Shown one piece after another: positions 22,021 to 30,951 of a stretch of DNA of 64,000 bases; position 1 is the stretch's first letter; every line of letters starts with the position of its first letter. The translations under genes were made by a program, and so were the position numbers. Location of the stretch: the sequence record NC_042013.1; one strand, written 5' to 3'. A model generated the notes under the pieces. The model saw only the letters and a list, made by a program, of their open reading frames with translations, was not told the DNA's origin and did no database searches.

Positions 22021-22719
22021 ATGTCTATTCCTACACAGGTCGAAGCTTATAATTTCATCAACGAATTTCTGAGTGAAATCACGCCCTTTGTCGAGAATGA
22101 ATTCGACATCAAAATCGATTTTACTCCCGTAATCACTAACAAAGACCTCAAATATTATGGTAGAGCGGGATATGTTAATGGCCGTCAGACATTTCGTCTT
22201 AATATCGGTGCTCTCCTAAAATATCAAGTTAACGCATATCGTGAATATAAGGCGTTGGATCGATTCTATGGCATTGGTTCGTTTGCAACCGAAGACTGGC
22301 GCGAGTGGCTTAAAGCCCTCATTCTTCATGAAATGTCGCACGTAATTCAATTTTCTCTACCGAATCAAAAAACGGATTTGCACATTTATGGTAGACGATT
22401 TAAGCGACTTGGATTTTTCGAAAACGGTCACGGTGACTTCTTTCGTAGAATTTATAAAATTCTCAGGAATGAATTTCTTCCCGGCAAAGAACCACTTCGT
22501 GAAGACATAAAGGCGTTTAGTGGAAAAGAATATAAAAGGAAGACCTTTATTCAAAGCCATCCGATGGTAGGTGGCGAGTTCGAAACATCTCTTGGGAAAG
22601 TTGTTGTTCTTTCCTATCATACCAATCGTCCAAAATACCCGTTCGTCATTCGTACTGAAACTGGTAAGAAATACAAAGTTTACGAACATTTTTTACAAAA
22701 TAGCAAAAATGAGGGTTGA
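22021..22719 (+). CDS. SprT-like zinc metalloprotease
   Basis: LILHEMSHVIQ (HExxH) and downstream HGDFF; own TTGACA promoter and AAGGAG RBS. Confidence 0.7.
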   Translation: MSIPTQVEAYNFINEFLSEITPFVENEFDIKIDFTPVITNKDLKYYGRAGYVNGRQTFRLNIGALLKYQVNAYREYKALDRFYGIGSFATEDWREWLKALILHEMSHVIQFSLPNQKTDLHIYGRRFKRLGFFENGHGDFFRRIYKILRNEFLPGKEPLREDIKAFSGKEYKRKTFIQSHPMVGGEFETSLGKVVVLSYHTNRPKYPFVIRTETGKKYKVYEHFLQNSKNEG

Positions 22720-22890
22720 CGATGATTTAGAATTGGAATATACATTAATCATCAACACGAAATCAAATCGAACGAAAACAAATTACAGAATTGAGGAAAT
22801 ATGTAAAAAACGTTTGACAAGAAAACTTAAACAGATTAAAACAGATTGTAACGTAAAAACGAACTAACTTTCTCAACAAGGAGTAATAGA

Positions 22891-23151
22891 ATGTCTGAAC
22901 TGCCTACTATCGAAATCTACCGCGATAACAACGACCGTCATGACTGGAAGGGTCACATTATCGTAGCATTTATGGCACTCCCGCCAGAAGATGTAACGTA
23001 CCTTTGGGAAAAGGTTGAACAGCTTGGTCTCGAGCTTACCTTCAAGAAGGTTCTTTGGTTTGCTTTCGAAAATCCCGACGACATCGTTGGTCTGGTTCTT
23101 GCAACGAGCGACCGTTTCAAGTACAATATCCAGAAGGGTCTTCAGGACTAA
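22891..23151 (+). CDS. Small hypothetical protein on its own transcript
   Basis: 86 aa; AAGGAG RBS; TTGACA-N17-TAAAAC promoter at 22814-22842; structured 3' UTR and terminator. Confidence 0.8.
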   Translation: MSELPTIEIYRDNNDRHDWKGHIIVAFMALPPEDVTYLWEKVEQLGLELTFKKVLWFAFENPDDIVGLVLATSDRFKYNIQKGLQD

Positions 23152-23160
23152 TAACGAATA

Positions 23161-23224
23161 GCCGCCGCAAGTAACTCTTCGTTTTACTCCTTTCACGAAT
23201 TGAGTTAGACCATCTTGCGGCGGC
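23161..23224 (+). ncRNA. Long 3'-UTR hairpin or possible sRNA with an anti-Shine-Dalgarno loop
   Basis: Stems gccgccgcaag/cttgcggcggc, taactc/gagtta and ttcgt/acgaa enclose the loop tttactcctttc. Confidence 0.5.
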
Positions 23225-23242
23225 AAACCAAAAGGAAACATC

Positions 23243-23273
23243 AAAACCGTTCCCGTCAAAAGGAACGGTTTTT
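23243..23273 (+). terminator. Rho-independent terminator
   Basis: aaaaccgttcc-cgtcaaaa-ggaacggtttt followed by T/A tract. Confidence 0.75.
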
Positions 23274-23288
23274 ATTAAGGATTTGTAA

Positions 23289-23564
23289 ATGCTTTTACAC
23301 TCATCAGACCAAAAAGACGACTATATATGTTTTATGGTGTTACTCGATGATTTTGACGAATTCATTGAATGGTTAGAAACTTCAGATTCGACCTTTACTT
23401 TTTTCGGGAAATATTTTAATAATATCAAGGATTACAAAAAAGAGTATAAGGATTGGAATTCAATTGTTCTTTACATAAAGCCGCACGATGACCAACTTTC
23501 CCTTATTATGACATATAGTGATATAATCAATTGGGAGGCTAGTAGTGAAATTTATCGTCAATAA
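23289..23564 (+). CDS. Hypothetical protein
   Basis: 91 aa ORF with AAGGA RBS. Confidence 0.6.
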   Translation: MLLHSSDQKDDYICFMVLLDDFDEFIEWLETSDSTFTFFGKYFNNIKDYKKEYKDWNSIVLYIKPHDDQLSLIMTYSDIINWEASSEIYRQ

Positions 23565-23766
23565 TAGGCAAAACGTGTACCCCGGCACTGTTAGTATTGC
23601 CGATCTTGCATTTAATACTCCCGGCATCGATTCCGTAGAAACCATTAATGATATTGTAAAAACGTTTCTTGAACATTGGAAGTTTGAACTCCAACGTATC
23701 GACAATTTTGAAAAGAAAATCCAAATTATATTCGTTGATAAAACAAAGCTGGTATTCTATAAATAA
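23545..23766 (+). CDS. Hypothetical protein
   Basis: 73 aa, GTG start with GGAGG RBS, overlaps the upstream gene. Confidence 0.6.
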   Translation: MKFIVNNRQNVYPGTVSIADLAFNTPGIDSVETINDIVKTFLEHWKFELQRIDNFEKKIQIIFVDKTKLVFYK

Positions 23767-23796
23767 TAGAAAGAATATCATTCGGAGTTTAAAAAA

Positions 23797-24279
23797 ATGT
23801 CACGTCATGTAGAAGATGCAGTAAAAGAATATTTTGCAGATAAAATTCCACCATATGTTAAGGCTATGGCATCTGCCGTAAAATATGATCTTATGCATGG
23901 TCCTGCCTATGCAGAAATTCCAGAATCTGGAATTGAAAATTTCACGGTTGATGATTATGCATCATACCCTGAAGATTTGAATGATCCAGAGAAAGCGGTT
24001 CTCGTTTTTGATGATATCTATAATCACTTTACAAAGTGGCTTGATGACAATTTCCCATCAGAAATTTACGTTGATGAAGACGGTTATGTATCTGAAAATG
24101 AGCCAACCGGTTATTATCTTGACACGGACGGTGAAGAAACAAGCGATAGCGAATACGAAGATGAAGACGGCGATATCGTCTCTAACGAATACGTCGAACC
24201 CGGTGAATATTGGGCAGTAGATGCGAGAAATATTGCAAACATTCTTTGGGGTAAGGAAGTAGCAAACCAACTTTATTAA
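23797..24279 (+). CDS. Highly acidic hypothetical protein (DNA-mimic candidate)
   Basis: 160 aa with 40 D/E and 9 K/R by my count; GGAG RBS. Confidence 0.7.
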   Translation: MSRHVEDAVKEYFADKIPPYVKAMASAVKYDLMHGPAYAEIPESGIENFTVDDYASYPEDLNDPEKAVLVFDDIYNHFTKWLDDNFPSEIYVDEDGYVSENEPTGYYLDTDGEETSDSEYEDEDGDIVSNEYVEPGEYWAVDARNIANILWGKEVANQLY

Positions 24280-24291
24280 AATTTTAATAAT

Positions 24292-24346
24292 GAAATCTCA
24301 CAAGGTATAGTGATAATCTAATCACATTATTATCTTGTGAGATTTC
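24292..24346. repeat. 13-bp perfect inverted repeat immediately upstream of the MTase
   Basis: gaaatctcacaag (24292-24304) / cttgtgagatttc (24334-24346), with an inner gtgat/atcac stem. Confidence 0.8.
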
Positions 24347-24351
24347 TATCT

Positions 24352-25329
24352 ATGAACTACATTGGCTCAAAAAACAAACTTACTCCGTGGATTAAAAAGT
24401 CCGTTATCAAGCATTACGGAAAAAGTCTCAAAGAAGCAGTTTTCGCTGACTTCTTCGCAGGAACCGGTCAGGTTGCTCGCGGTTTTAAAACATCAGTAAA
24501 AAAAGTCATAACAAACGATCTCGAGGATTATAGTGTTGCATTGAATGCTCACTATATCGGTAACTCAGATGAGATTGAATGGCCGTCTGTTGATAAGTCA
24601 CCTTATCAGGGAATTATCTCAAATAATTTTTCTGAATTATCAAATCCTCCACGTATGTACTATACGGTAGAGAATGCAATGAAAATTGATGGCATTCGTA
24701 AAAATGCCGGTGATGATCTTGCTTCTGGTAAAATTTCTCAAGAACAATATAATTGGCTTATTGCATCATTAATAGAAGCAGCCGACAAAGTCGCAAACAC
24801 GTCATCAGTATACGGTGCATTCTTAAAGAACTACAAGAAAACCGCTATCAAACCATTAGACTTCTATGGCGTTCATCATGACGTTACCAATCAGAAAAAC
24901 GAAGTACTCCAAGGTGATGCGAACGCGAATATCAAAAAGGTATCTGGTGATATACTTTATCTTGATCCTCCATATAACCAGCGCCAATACGGGGCTAACT
25001 ACCACGTACTGAATCATATCGTAAACTGGAAAGAATTTCAGTCAGATAGAATCACTGGCCTCACAGAGGATTATAACAAATCTGACTACTGCTACAAAAA
25101 CAAGGCAGCAGATGTTTTTGATGATCTTATCAAGAATTCAGATTTTGAATTTATTTTCGTTAGCTATAACAACGAAGGTATCATTCCTGAAAACACATTC
25201 AAGGATATTTTAACCAAGTACGGTCGATACGAACTTGAAACGCAAGAATACCAACGTCTGAAGGTTAATTCTGCTGATAACCAAAGTCCAACAACAACAG
25301 AATATCTTCATATCTTGGTGAAAAAATGA
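24352..25329 (+). CDS. D12-class N6-adenine DNA methyltransferase
   Basis: MNYIGSK N-terminus, motif I DFFAGTG, motif IV LYLDPPY, SYNNEG. Confidence 0.9.
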   Translation: MNYIGSKNKLTPWIKKSVIKHYGKSLKEAVFADFFAGTGQVARGFKTSVKKVITNDLEDYSVALNAHYIGNSDEIEWPSVDKSPYQGIISNNFSELSNPPRMYYTVENAMKIDGIRKNAGDDLASGKISQEQYNWLIASLIEAADKVANTSSVYGAFLKNYKKTAIKPLDFYGVHHDVTNQKNEVLQGDANANIKKVSGDILYLDPPYNQRQYGANYHVLNHIVNWKEFQSDRITGLTEDYNKSDYCYKNKAADVFDDLIKNSDFEFIFVSYNNEGIIPENTFKDILTKYGRYELETQEYQRLKVNSADNQSPTTTEYLHILVKK

Positions 25330-26438
25330 AAACATTTCTTAACGAAATGCGCTCGTTTATACCGGGCGCTAAACCCAATACCCGTAATGCGACTAGACAC
25401 GTTAGAGCGACCGTTAATGATATTCAAATAGATGAATTCACAAAACGTTTTAGCTTCACATCAGACAAAGATACTACGTGCAGTAACACGTATCTAACCC
25501 ATCGAGTCGTTTTTGACAACGATGTTATCCCGGTGGTTTTGTCTAACAAACAGTTTAAAACATCTAAAGGTTCCATTCTTCAAAAACAGTTGACGCCAAC
25601 CAAGTTGGGGATTTATGGGGAATATACCAACTTAGATTTTTTTGTCAATAGGGTTTCTGAAGGTTTTTCAAACGTAGATATCGATACTGATACAAGAGAC
25701 ATGCTTCTCAACATTCTCAATCACGTGTCATATGGCGAATCTATCAATAAATTTTCGCTCTATAAAGCATCTAAGCGAGCTATCGACAAAGATTACGGTG
25801 AAATTCTTGCTGGCGCACACGTTATTAGGATGAATGGAAACGTAACCTTTGCGGAGGGCGAGGCATCTGCTTTTTACGATTTGACGTCTATAAAAGATAA
25901 AAATTTAATAAAATACAATGTAAAATCAGGTAGCGGTTCAGGTCAATCATTCAAGTCCGTTATCCCAAGTGGATCAGGTCATTGCGTTGATCTTATACAT
26001 ATTTTACAAGAAAAATTAGTTGGACGAGAAAAGCTACATAAGTATGTCAAACGTGCGAAAGATGAAGATTCACCAATTTATGACATCATGAAAAATTTAC
26101 AGATACAAGAAACAAAAGATCAATTCATTTCAATGATGAATACCATTTCGAAAAAAACTAATGACGAATGCGGGGTGCCTAAAAATTTCGACATATATAA
26201 CGCAGAAGATGCATATCTATTCGCCGGGTGTACACTAATTTCTCATCACTATCCAATCGATCTTGTAACCGATTCTTTGAAAAACAATGACATTAGAATT
26301 CTACATATTCGTTCAGGTAAAGATAATATCTATATACAAGAGCCACATGACATAAAATACAAAATGCACTATTGGGGTAACTATGCCCACCTATATAATA
26401 ATTTTCCCGGCTTCAAAGGTTTGTATTATGATAAATAG
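25326..26438 (+). CDS. Putative PD-(D/E)XK (restriction-like) endonuclease
   Basis: Coupled to the MTase by an ATGA overlap; KDYGEILAG...FYDL...YNVKSG spacing fits an E...D...(N)xK active site. Confidence 0.5.
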   Translation: MKTFLNEMRSFIPGAKPNTRNATRHVRATVNDIQIDEFTKRFSFTSDKDTTCSNTYLTHRVVFDNDVIPVVLSNKQFKTSKGSILQKQLTPTKLGIYGEYTNLDFFVNRVSEGFSNVDIDTDTRDMLLNILNHVSYGESINKFSLYKASKRAIDKDYGEILAGAHVIRMNGNVTFAEGEASAFYDLTSIKDKNLIKYNVKSGSGSGQSFKSVIPSGSGHCVDLIHILQEKLVGREKLHKYVKRAKDEDSPIYDIMKNLQIQETKDQFISMMNTISKKTNDECGVPKNFDIYNAEDAYLFAGCTLISHHYPIDLVTDSLKNNDIRILHIRSGKDNIYIQEPHDIKYKMHYWGNYAHLYNNFPGFKGLYYDK

Positions 26439-26514
26439 AGGTATGGATGACTGCCAATCGTTCTACAAGGTATATTTTTTTCAAATGATTTAAATATAAT
26501 TTGTTCTGTTTAAG

Positions 26515-26541
26515 AAAACCACCCTTCGGGGTGGTTTTTTT
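26515..26541 (+). terminator. Rho-independent terminator with cUUCGg loop
   Basis: aaaaccacc-cttcgg-ggtgg-ttttttt. Confidence 0.85.
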
Positions 26542-26692
26542 GTGTCTAGATAAATAGAAATATAATGATCGTATCAGTAAAATTTGATACAATCTTTAAG
26601 AGTGATTGTGTGGCAACAATCGTGAAGCTCTATTTTCTAAAACAGAACGAATTAATAATATTTTAAATCAACTCGGGTAATTAAACCCTGTA

Positions 26693-28996
26693 ATGAAAAA
26701 AATTAAAATGACAAAAATCTATTACGTCGACGGCCACGCCGGTTCAGGTAAAACACTTCAAACAAGCCATTGGGTTGTTGAGCAAGCATGCAAATTCAAT
26801 AAGAAAATTGTCATCGCGACTCCAACCACACTTCTTCAGTATCAATGGGCTGAAAATATCAACAATCTTCTTATCGATATTCCATCAAAGCCAACTGTTT
26901 TGGTAATCAATTCAGATACCTCTGATACGTCTGCTCGCGGACAGCTAACGAATGCATACAAAGATGGTAGCGCAAATATCATCATCGTGACACAGCAAAA
27001 TCTCATCAATACCGGCATCGTAAAAGGTAGCAATAAGTATCACCTTATTATGGACGAACTTCCAACAATTGAAGGTATCGATATTGTTACCGCGTCTTCA
27101 ACAGAATCAAAAGAACTTATTAAGAGTTCTGTTTCAATTTTAGATACAAAAACCCCATCTTACAAGTTGATCACTTGCGAAAACAAATCATCACTTCGTA
27201 AATTCGTTGATCAAAAAGGTGATGCACATCGCAATGATTCTGCTGTAGATGCATTCAAAAAGATCATCGATAACGATATTGACGTCTTTATCAAATCTTC
27301 TGATTGGAATTCTTTTTATAATAATGAATTAGAACAACTGAATTTCCATCATATCGTAAAGCCAAGCCGCTTTACCCATTTCAAGTCCGTTACATTTATG
27401 GGCGCAAACTTCAAGCATTCTATGCTTTACAATGTTTGGGAACGAGTTTACTCATGCGAATTTACCAAGAGTAACATTGCAAATGTTCGTGAAATTGTTG
27501 AAGAAGAAACCGGAAGACGTGCTACTATTCATTTTTTGATGGACGAACATTTTTCAAAATCAAAAAGAAATATCGTTACTCCAGAAGTATCAACAACTAT
27601 TTTTAACGAGCTTGTTAATGGAAAAGACCATATCTGGCTTGCAAATAATGACGTAAAGGATTCTCAATATACCATCAAGAACGGTAAGAGACTCCCTATC
27701 ATTTCACACGGTATCAACTCTTGGCGCGATCATACTACAGTTGTACATCTTGCTGCTCTAAATGACAAACCCTTTCATATCGCATTCCTAATCGATTATG
27801 TAGGATTTTCTTCCGAAGAAATCAAAAAAGCAAAAATGTCCGAAATCATTTATCAGGGCGTAATGCGTTGCAATCTTCGTGTTAGAAAAAGTGATAAAAA
27901 AGTTGATATCTATGTCATGGATAAGCAAACTGCTCTTGATCTCAAATCATATCTCCCCGGCGCTTCTGTAAAAAAGATCGCACAAGGAATGGTAAACGAT
28001 ACGTATAAGAGAGAAAAACTATCATCGCGTGATACTACAGAACGTCATCGTTTTAAGAATGAATTCATCGAACATCCCGGTATTTTCAATGAACCTGATA
28101 TCAAGGTTTCATTTGAAGAGACTATTTCCTCCACTTGCGTCGGTGAATTCGATTCCCCTACGTTTAGACATTTTCGCGATTTCTTTAAAGCGGAATCATC
28201 AAATGTCGTATCTGGAAAAGAACATAATAATCTTTTTTCTCCCGCTATTTTTGAATCTGAATATACAATTCGGTGTGGTGACGAAGTGGTACATATCGGT
28301 GGAAAGAATAAACAGATTAAGGGTCTTTCACAATTCAAGCAAGCATCAGTTCTTGTCTTTGACATCGATAAAACAACAACGTCTCCTGAGGAAGTTTCAG
28401 CGAGAATTCCTTTCAAGCATTTCATTTATTCCTCATATTCAAACAAAAAAGACGGATTATACAGCTACCGTGTAGTTGTTGGTCTAAAGTATGCAGTTGA
28501 TGAAAAGAATTACAAGCTTCTCTATGATTTTATCTACGAGAAGTTTAAAGATATTGCCTCTGCCGATGCTTCTAAAAGAACACCAGTTTCTTTCTTCTAT
28601 TTCCCATCTCAGTCTCATTTTGGTGAAAATGTATGGATCGATATGGTTGATTGCCGTAAGCATCGCCTCTTAAACCCCATCGACATTATCCCTGCACTTG
28701 AAGAAATGTCAAATGTAGAAAAGCATGACGAAATTGAAAATGTTTATGTTTCAACCGATATGTCTGCTATTCAGAATAATCTTGTTGATCGTAAGCAATT
28801 CCTCATCAATCAATGGCGTGGAATGGGTCGTGGTCGTCATAAGGGATTTTTCAACTTAGGACTTGGCCTATCATATATTGGTGTTAATCCGGTTGAATTG
28901 CATTCAATTCTTACAACCGAATCTAAAACAAATGGACGTGATAGATCAAGGCAAATCCCATCTATTATGTCATCTATCTACAGATATTCAATCTGA
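26693..28996 (+). CDS. SF2-like helicase fused to a primase-like C-terminal region (origin-binding/replication protein)
   Basis: Walker A GHAGSGKT, IVIATPT, Walker B LIMDELP, FMGAN, YQGVMRCNLR; C-terminal VLVFDID...YSSYS...YRVVVGL and GRHKGFF (AEP/PriCT-like); start may be 26708. Confidence 0.65.
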   Translation: MKKIKMTKIYYVDGHAGSGKTLQTSHWVVEQACKFNKKIVIATPTTLLQYQWAENINNLLIDIPSKPTVLVINSDTSDTSARGQLTNAYKDGSANIIIVTQQNLINTGIVKGSNKYHLIMDELPTIEGIDIVTASSTESKELIKSSVSILDTKTPSYKLITCENKSSLRKFVDQKGDAHRNDSAVDAFKKIIDNDIDVFIKSSDWNSFYNNELEQLNFHHIVKPSRFTHFKSVTFMGANFKHSMLYNVWERVYSCEFTKSNIANVREIVEEETGRRATIHFLMDEHFSKSKRNIVTPEVSTTIFNELVNGKDHIWLANNDVKDSQYTIKNGKRLPIISHGINSWRDHTTVVHLAALNDKPFHIAFLIDYVGFSSEEIKKAKMSEIIYQGVMRCNLRVRKSDKKVDIYVMDKQTALDLKSYLPGASVKKIAQGMVNDTYKREKLSSRDTTERHRFKNEFIEHPGIFNEPDIKVSFEETISSTCVGEFDSPTFRHFRDFFKAESSNVVSGKEHNNLFSPAIFESEYTIRCGDEVVHIGGKNKQIKGLSQFKQASVLVFDIDKTTTSPEEVSARIPFKHFIYSSYSNKKDGLYSYRVVVGLKYAVDEKNYKLLYDFIYEKFKDIASADASKRTPVSFFYFPSQSHFGENVWIDMVDCRKHRLLNPIDIIPALEEMSNVEKHDEIENVYVSTDMSAIQNNLVDRKQFLINQWRGMGRGRHKGFFNLGLGLSYIGVNPVELHSILTTESKTNGRDRSRQIPSIMSSIYRYSI

Positions 28997-29050
28997 TATT
29001 AAAAACCGATTCCGGTAACAGAATAACTCTCTCAAAATATTAAAAAACTC

Positions 29051-29179
29051 GAAAACGAACAGCCTAACGGCTTTCGTTTCTATGCTTACATAGAGCAATG
29101 TTGAAAAATCTTGCGATTTTACAGGACATATAAGCCCTTACGGGCCTATATATCCTTTCAACAACTTGCTCTATGTAGC
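29051..29179. other. Multi-branch inverted-repeat structure (candidate origin or ncRNA)
   Basis: tacatagagcaa/ttgctctatgta and tgttgaaa/tttcaaca close two inner hairpins; a separate hairpin lies at 29051-29080. Confidence 0.6.
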
Positions 29180-29365
29180 TTTTTAAAAGTTTTTGGGCCT
29201 AAAACTGATTGACATAGTGATTTTCTTTATAAAGAAATATTCATACAAAATATCACCAAATTGTTTTTCTGTCTTTGGCAATGATAAGACGAAGACCCGA
29301 AACTTGACATCAGAACGTCATAATGATACAACCCCGAATGATAACTAATACAAAGGAGTATTTTT

Positions 29366-29752
29366 ATGAAGTTCATTGAGGACGTCTATCGACAATTTGA
29401 TAGGTTGCCAGATACCATTCGATCTTGTCTTATGGCACTATCAGTATTCGGTCTTGCATACTCTTTGTATCTACTCAACCCTGAAAAGATAATTGCCTAT
29501 TCTATTGTAATTTTTGGTGCAGGTGCGATTATCATTGATATCATGCTGATGAAAGTCGGAAGGGATGTCTTTTATAATACTAAAATTGATACGAGAACCA
29601 GTAAGTTTTCCGTAATATCAAAATTTATTATATTTGGCCTGTTTGTCTTTTCAATGATTTTCTATCCAAGTCTGTATATTTTAACAGCATACGTATCTTA
29701 TGAACTGTTTAAGTTCACATCATATTCACAGTATGTGAGGGTTTCAGAATGA
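29366..29752 (+). CDS. Small multi-pass membrane protein (paralogue 1)
   Basis: 128 aa, about 4 hydrophobic segments; TTGACA-N17-TACAAC promoter and AAGGAG RBS upstream. Confidence 0.75.
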   Translation: MKFIEDVYRQFDRLPDTIRSCLMALSVFGLAYSLYLLNPEKIIAYSIVIFGAGAIIIDIMLMKVGRDVFYNTKIDTRTSKFSVISKFIIFGLFVFSMIFYPSLYILTAYVSYELFKFTSYSQYVRVSE

Positions 29753-30126
29753 ACCGTATTTTTACTTTTCTTGATTCATTACCAAATTATGCTCTATCGA
29801 TATTGTATTACATTGGCGCGGTCATGTTTGCCTATTCGATATACGATAGATACCAAAATGTATATCTTGCTCTTGGCTTGTTTTTTACAACCATTGTGTT
29901 TCGTGTTGGTTTTTGTTTTATGTCTAATAACAAAGATGAACTATATGAACATCTAAAATCTTCCCGTGAATCCAGTGTATTGAAGATGATTATTATCATT
30001 TTCTTATTGCTCGTTGTGGCGGATGTTGTTATTGGAGGTTTTACCACATCACCGTTGCCTCTTATTTCATATTTGATTATGACTCTTGCCCATCACTCTT
30101 ACAATGAAAGGACTCAAGATGCTTAA
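29749..30126 (+). CDS. Small multi-pass membrane protein (paralogue 2)
   Basis: 125 aa, about 4 hydrophobic segments, ATGA coupling. Confidence 0.75.
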   Translation: MNRIFTFLDSLPNYALSILYYIGAVMFAYSIYDRYQNVYLALGLFFTTIVFRVGFCFMSNNKDELYEHLKSSRESSVLKMIIIIFLLLVVADVVIGGFTTSPLPLISYLIMTLAHHSYNERTQDA

Positions 30127-30577
30127 ATTTGATCGTTGGATTTTCAATCATATTGATCGTAGTATTGAATGGTTTCATTCAGCCGGTATCCATAGAAATT
30201 GGGTAATTCGTTTCCTCGTTGCGACAATCATCGCACGCTTTACTTGGTATATGTTTCACCCTGATACTGGTCCATTGGAATTGTCATTTCTTATAAGTCT
30301 ATCTATACTCTTTGCATTAGGGGCATATCGAGATGAAGTCCTTTTCGAAAAGAATCGTGAAGTTCACAATACAACCAAATTGCTTTCGAGAGAATCCATT
30401 ATTGGAACTTCGATTCGATGGTTTGTAGTCGTTCTTACCGTGGTATTTCTACCCACCCAACATATTCTTCTCGCGGCTTCTTGGATTCTCTTTGCCGTAT
30501 TTGTTTACTACGACGATTCCCTTATGCCATCAGAACCACCATCTAAAATTTTTGAACCAAAAGGCGTTACTGCATGA
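30119..30577 (+). CDS. Small multi-pass membrane protein (paralogue 3)
   Basis: About 152 aa from ATG 30119 (AAGGA RBS), about 4 hydrophobic segments. Confidence 0.75.
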   Translation: MLKFDRWIFNHIDRSIEWFHSAGIHRNWVIRFLVATIIARFTWYMFHPDTGPLELSFLISLSILFALGAYRDEVLFEKNREVHNTTKLLSRESIIGTSIRWFVVVLTVVFLPTQHILLAASWILFAVFVYYDDSLMPSEPPSKIFEPKGVTA

Positions 30578-30951
30578 TTTTTTTCCTTGATAATAAAATT
30601 ACCTATATCCAACGACAGCTTCTAATGGCTGTCGTATCAGGTATCTTGATCTACGTTGCATTGTCATCTTCTACAAATCAATGGATGTTCTTATATCTTA
30701 TTGCGGCTGGTTTTCTTAGTTTCGTAACCGTAATGGAAGACTTGATTAGTGTCTGCTCTAAAAAATGTGATGATATTTTTTATTTTCGATATTCGGCACT
30801 TTCGGTGTGCATTATCTCTTTTTCATTAGCAATGTTTATGGTATCATTCTTTTATTCAATTTATGATGTAATTGGGACGGTGTTGGTTTTGCTGTTTTAT
30901 TACATCTATGCAACTAAAGGTAAAAACGATGAAGACCCTATTTCGAGTTGA
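30574..30951 (+). CDS. Small multi-pass membrane protein (paralogue 4)
   Basis: 125 aa, about 4 hydrophobic segments, ATGA coupling. Confidence 0.7.
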   Translation: MIFFLDNKITYIQRQLLMAVVSGILIYVALSSSTNQWMFLYLIAAGFLSFVTVMEDLISVCSKKCDDIFYFRYSALSVCIISFSLAMFMVSFFYSIYDVIGTVLVLLFYYIYATKGKNDEDPISS

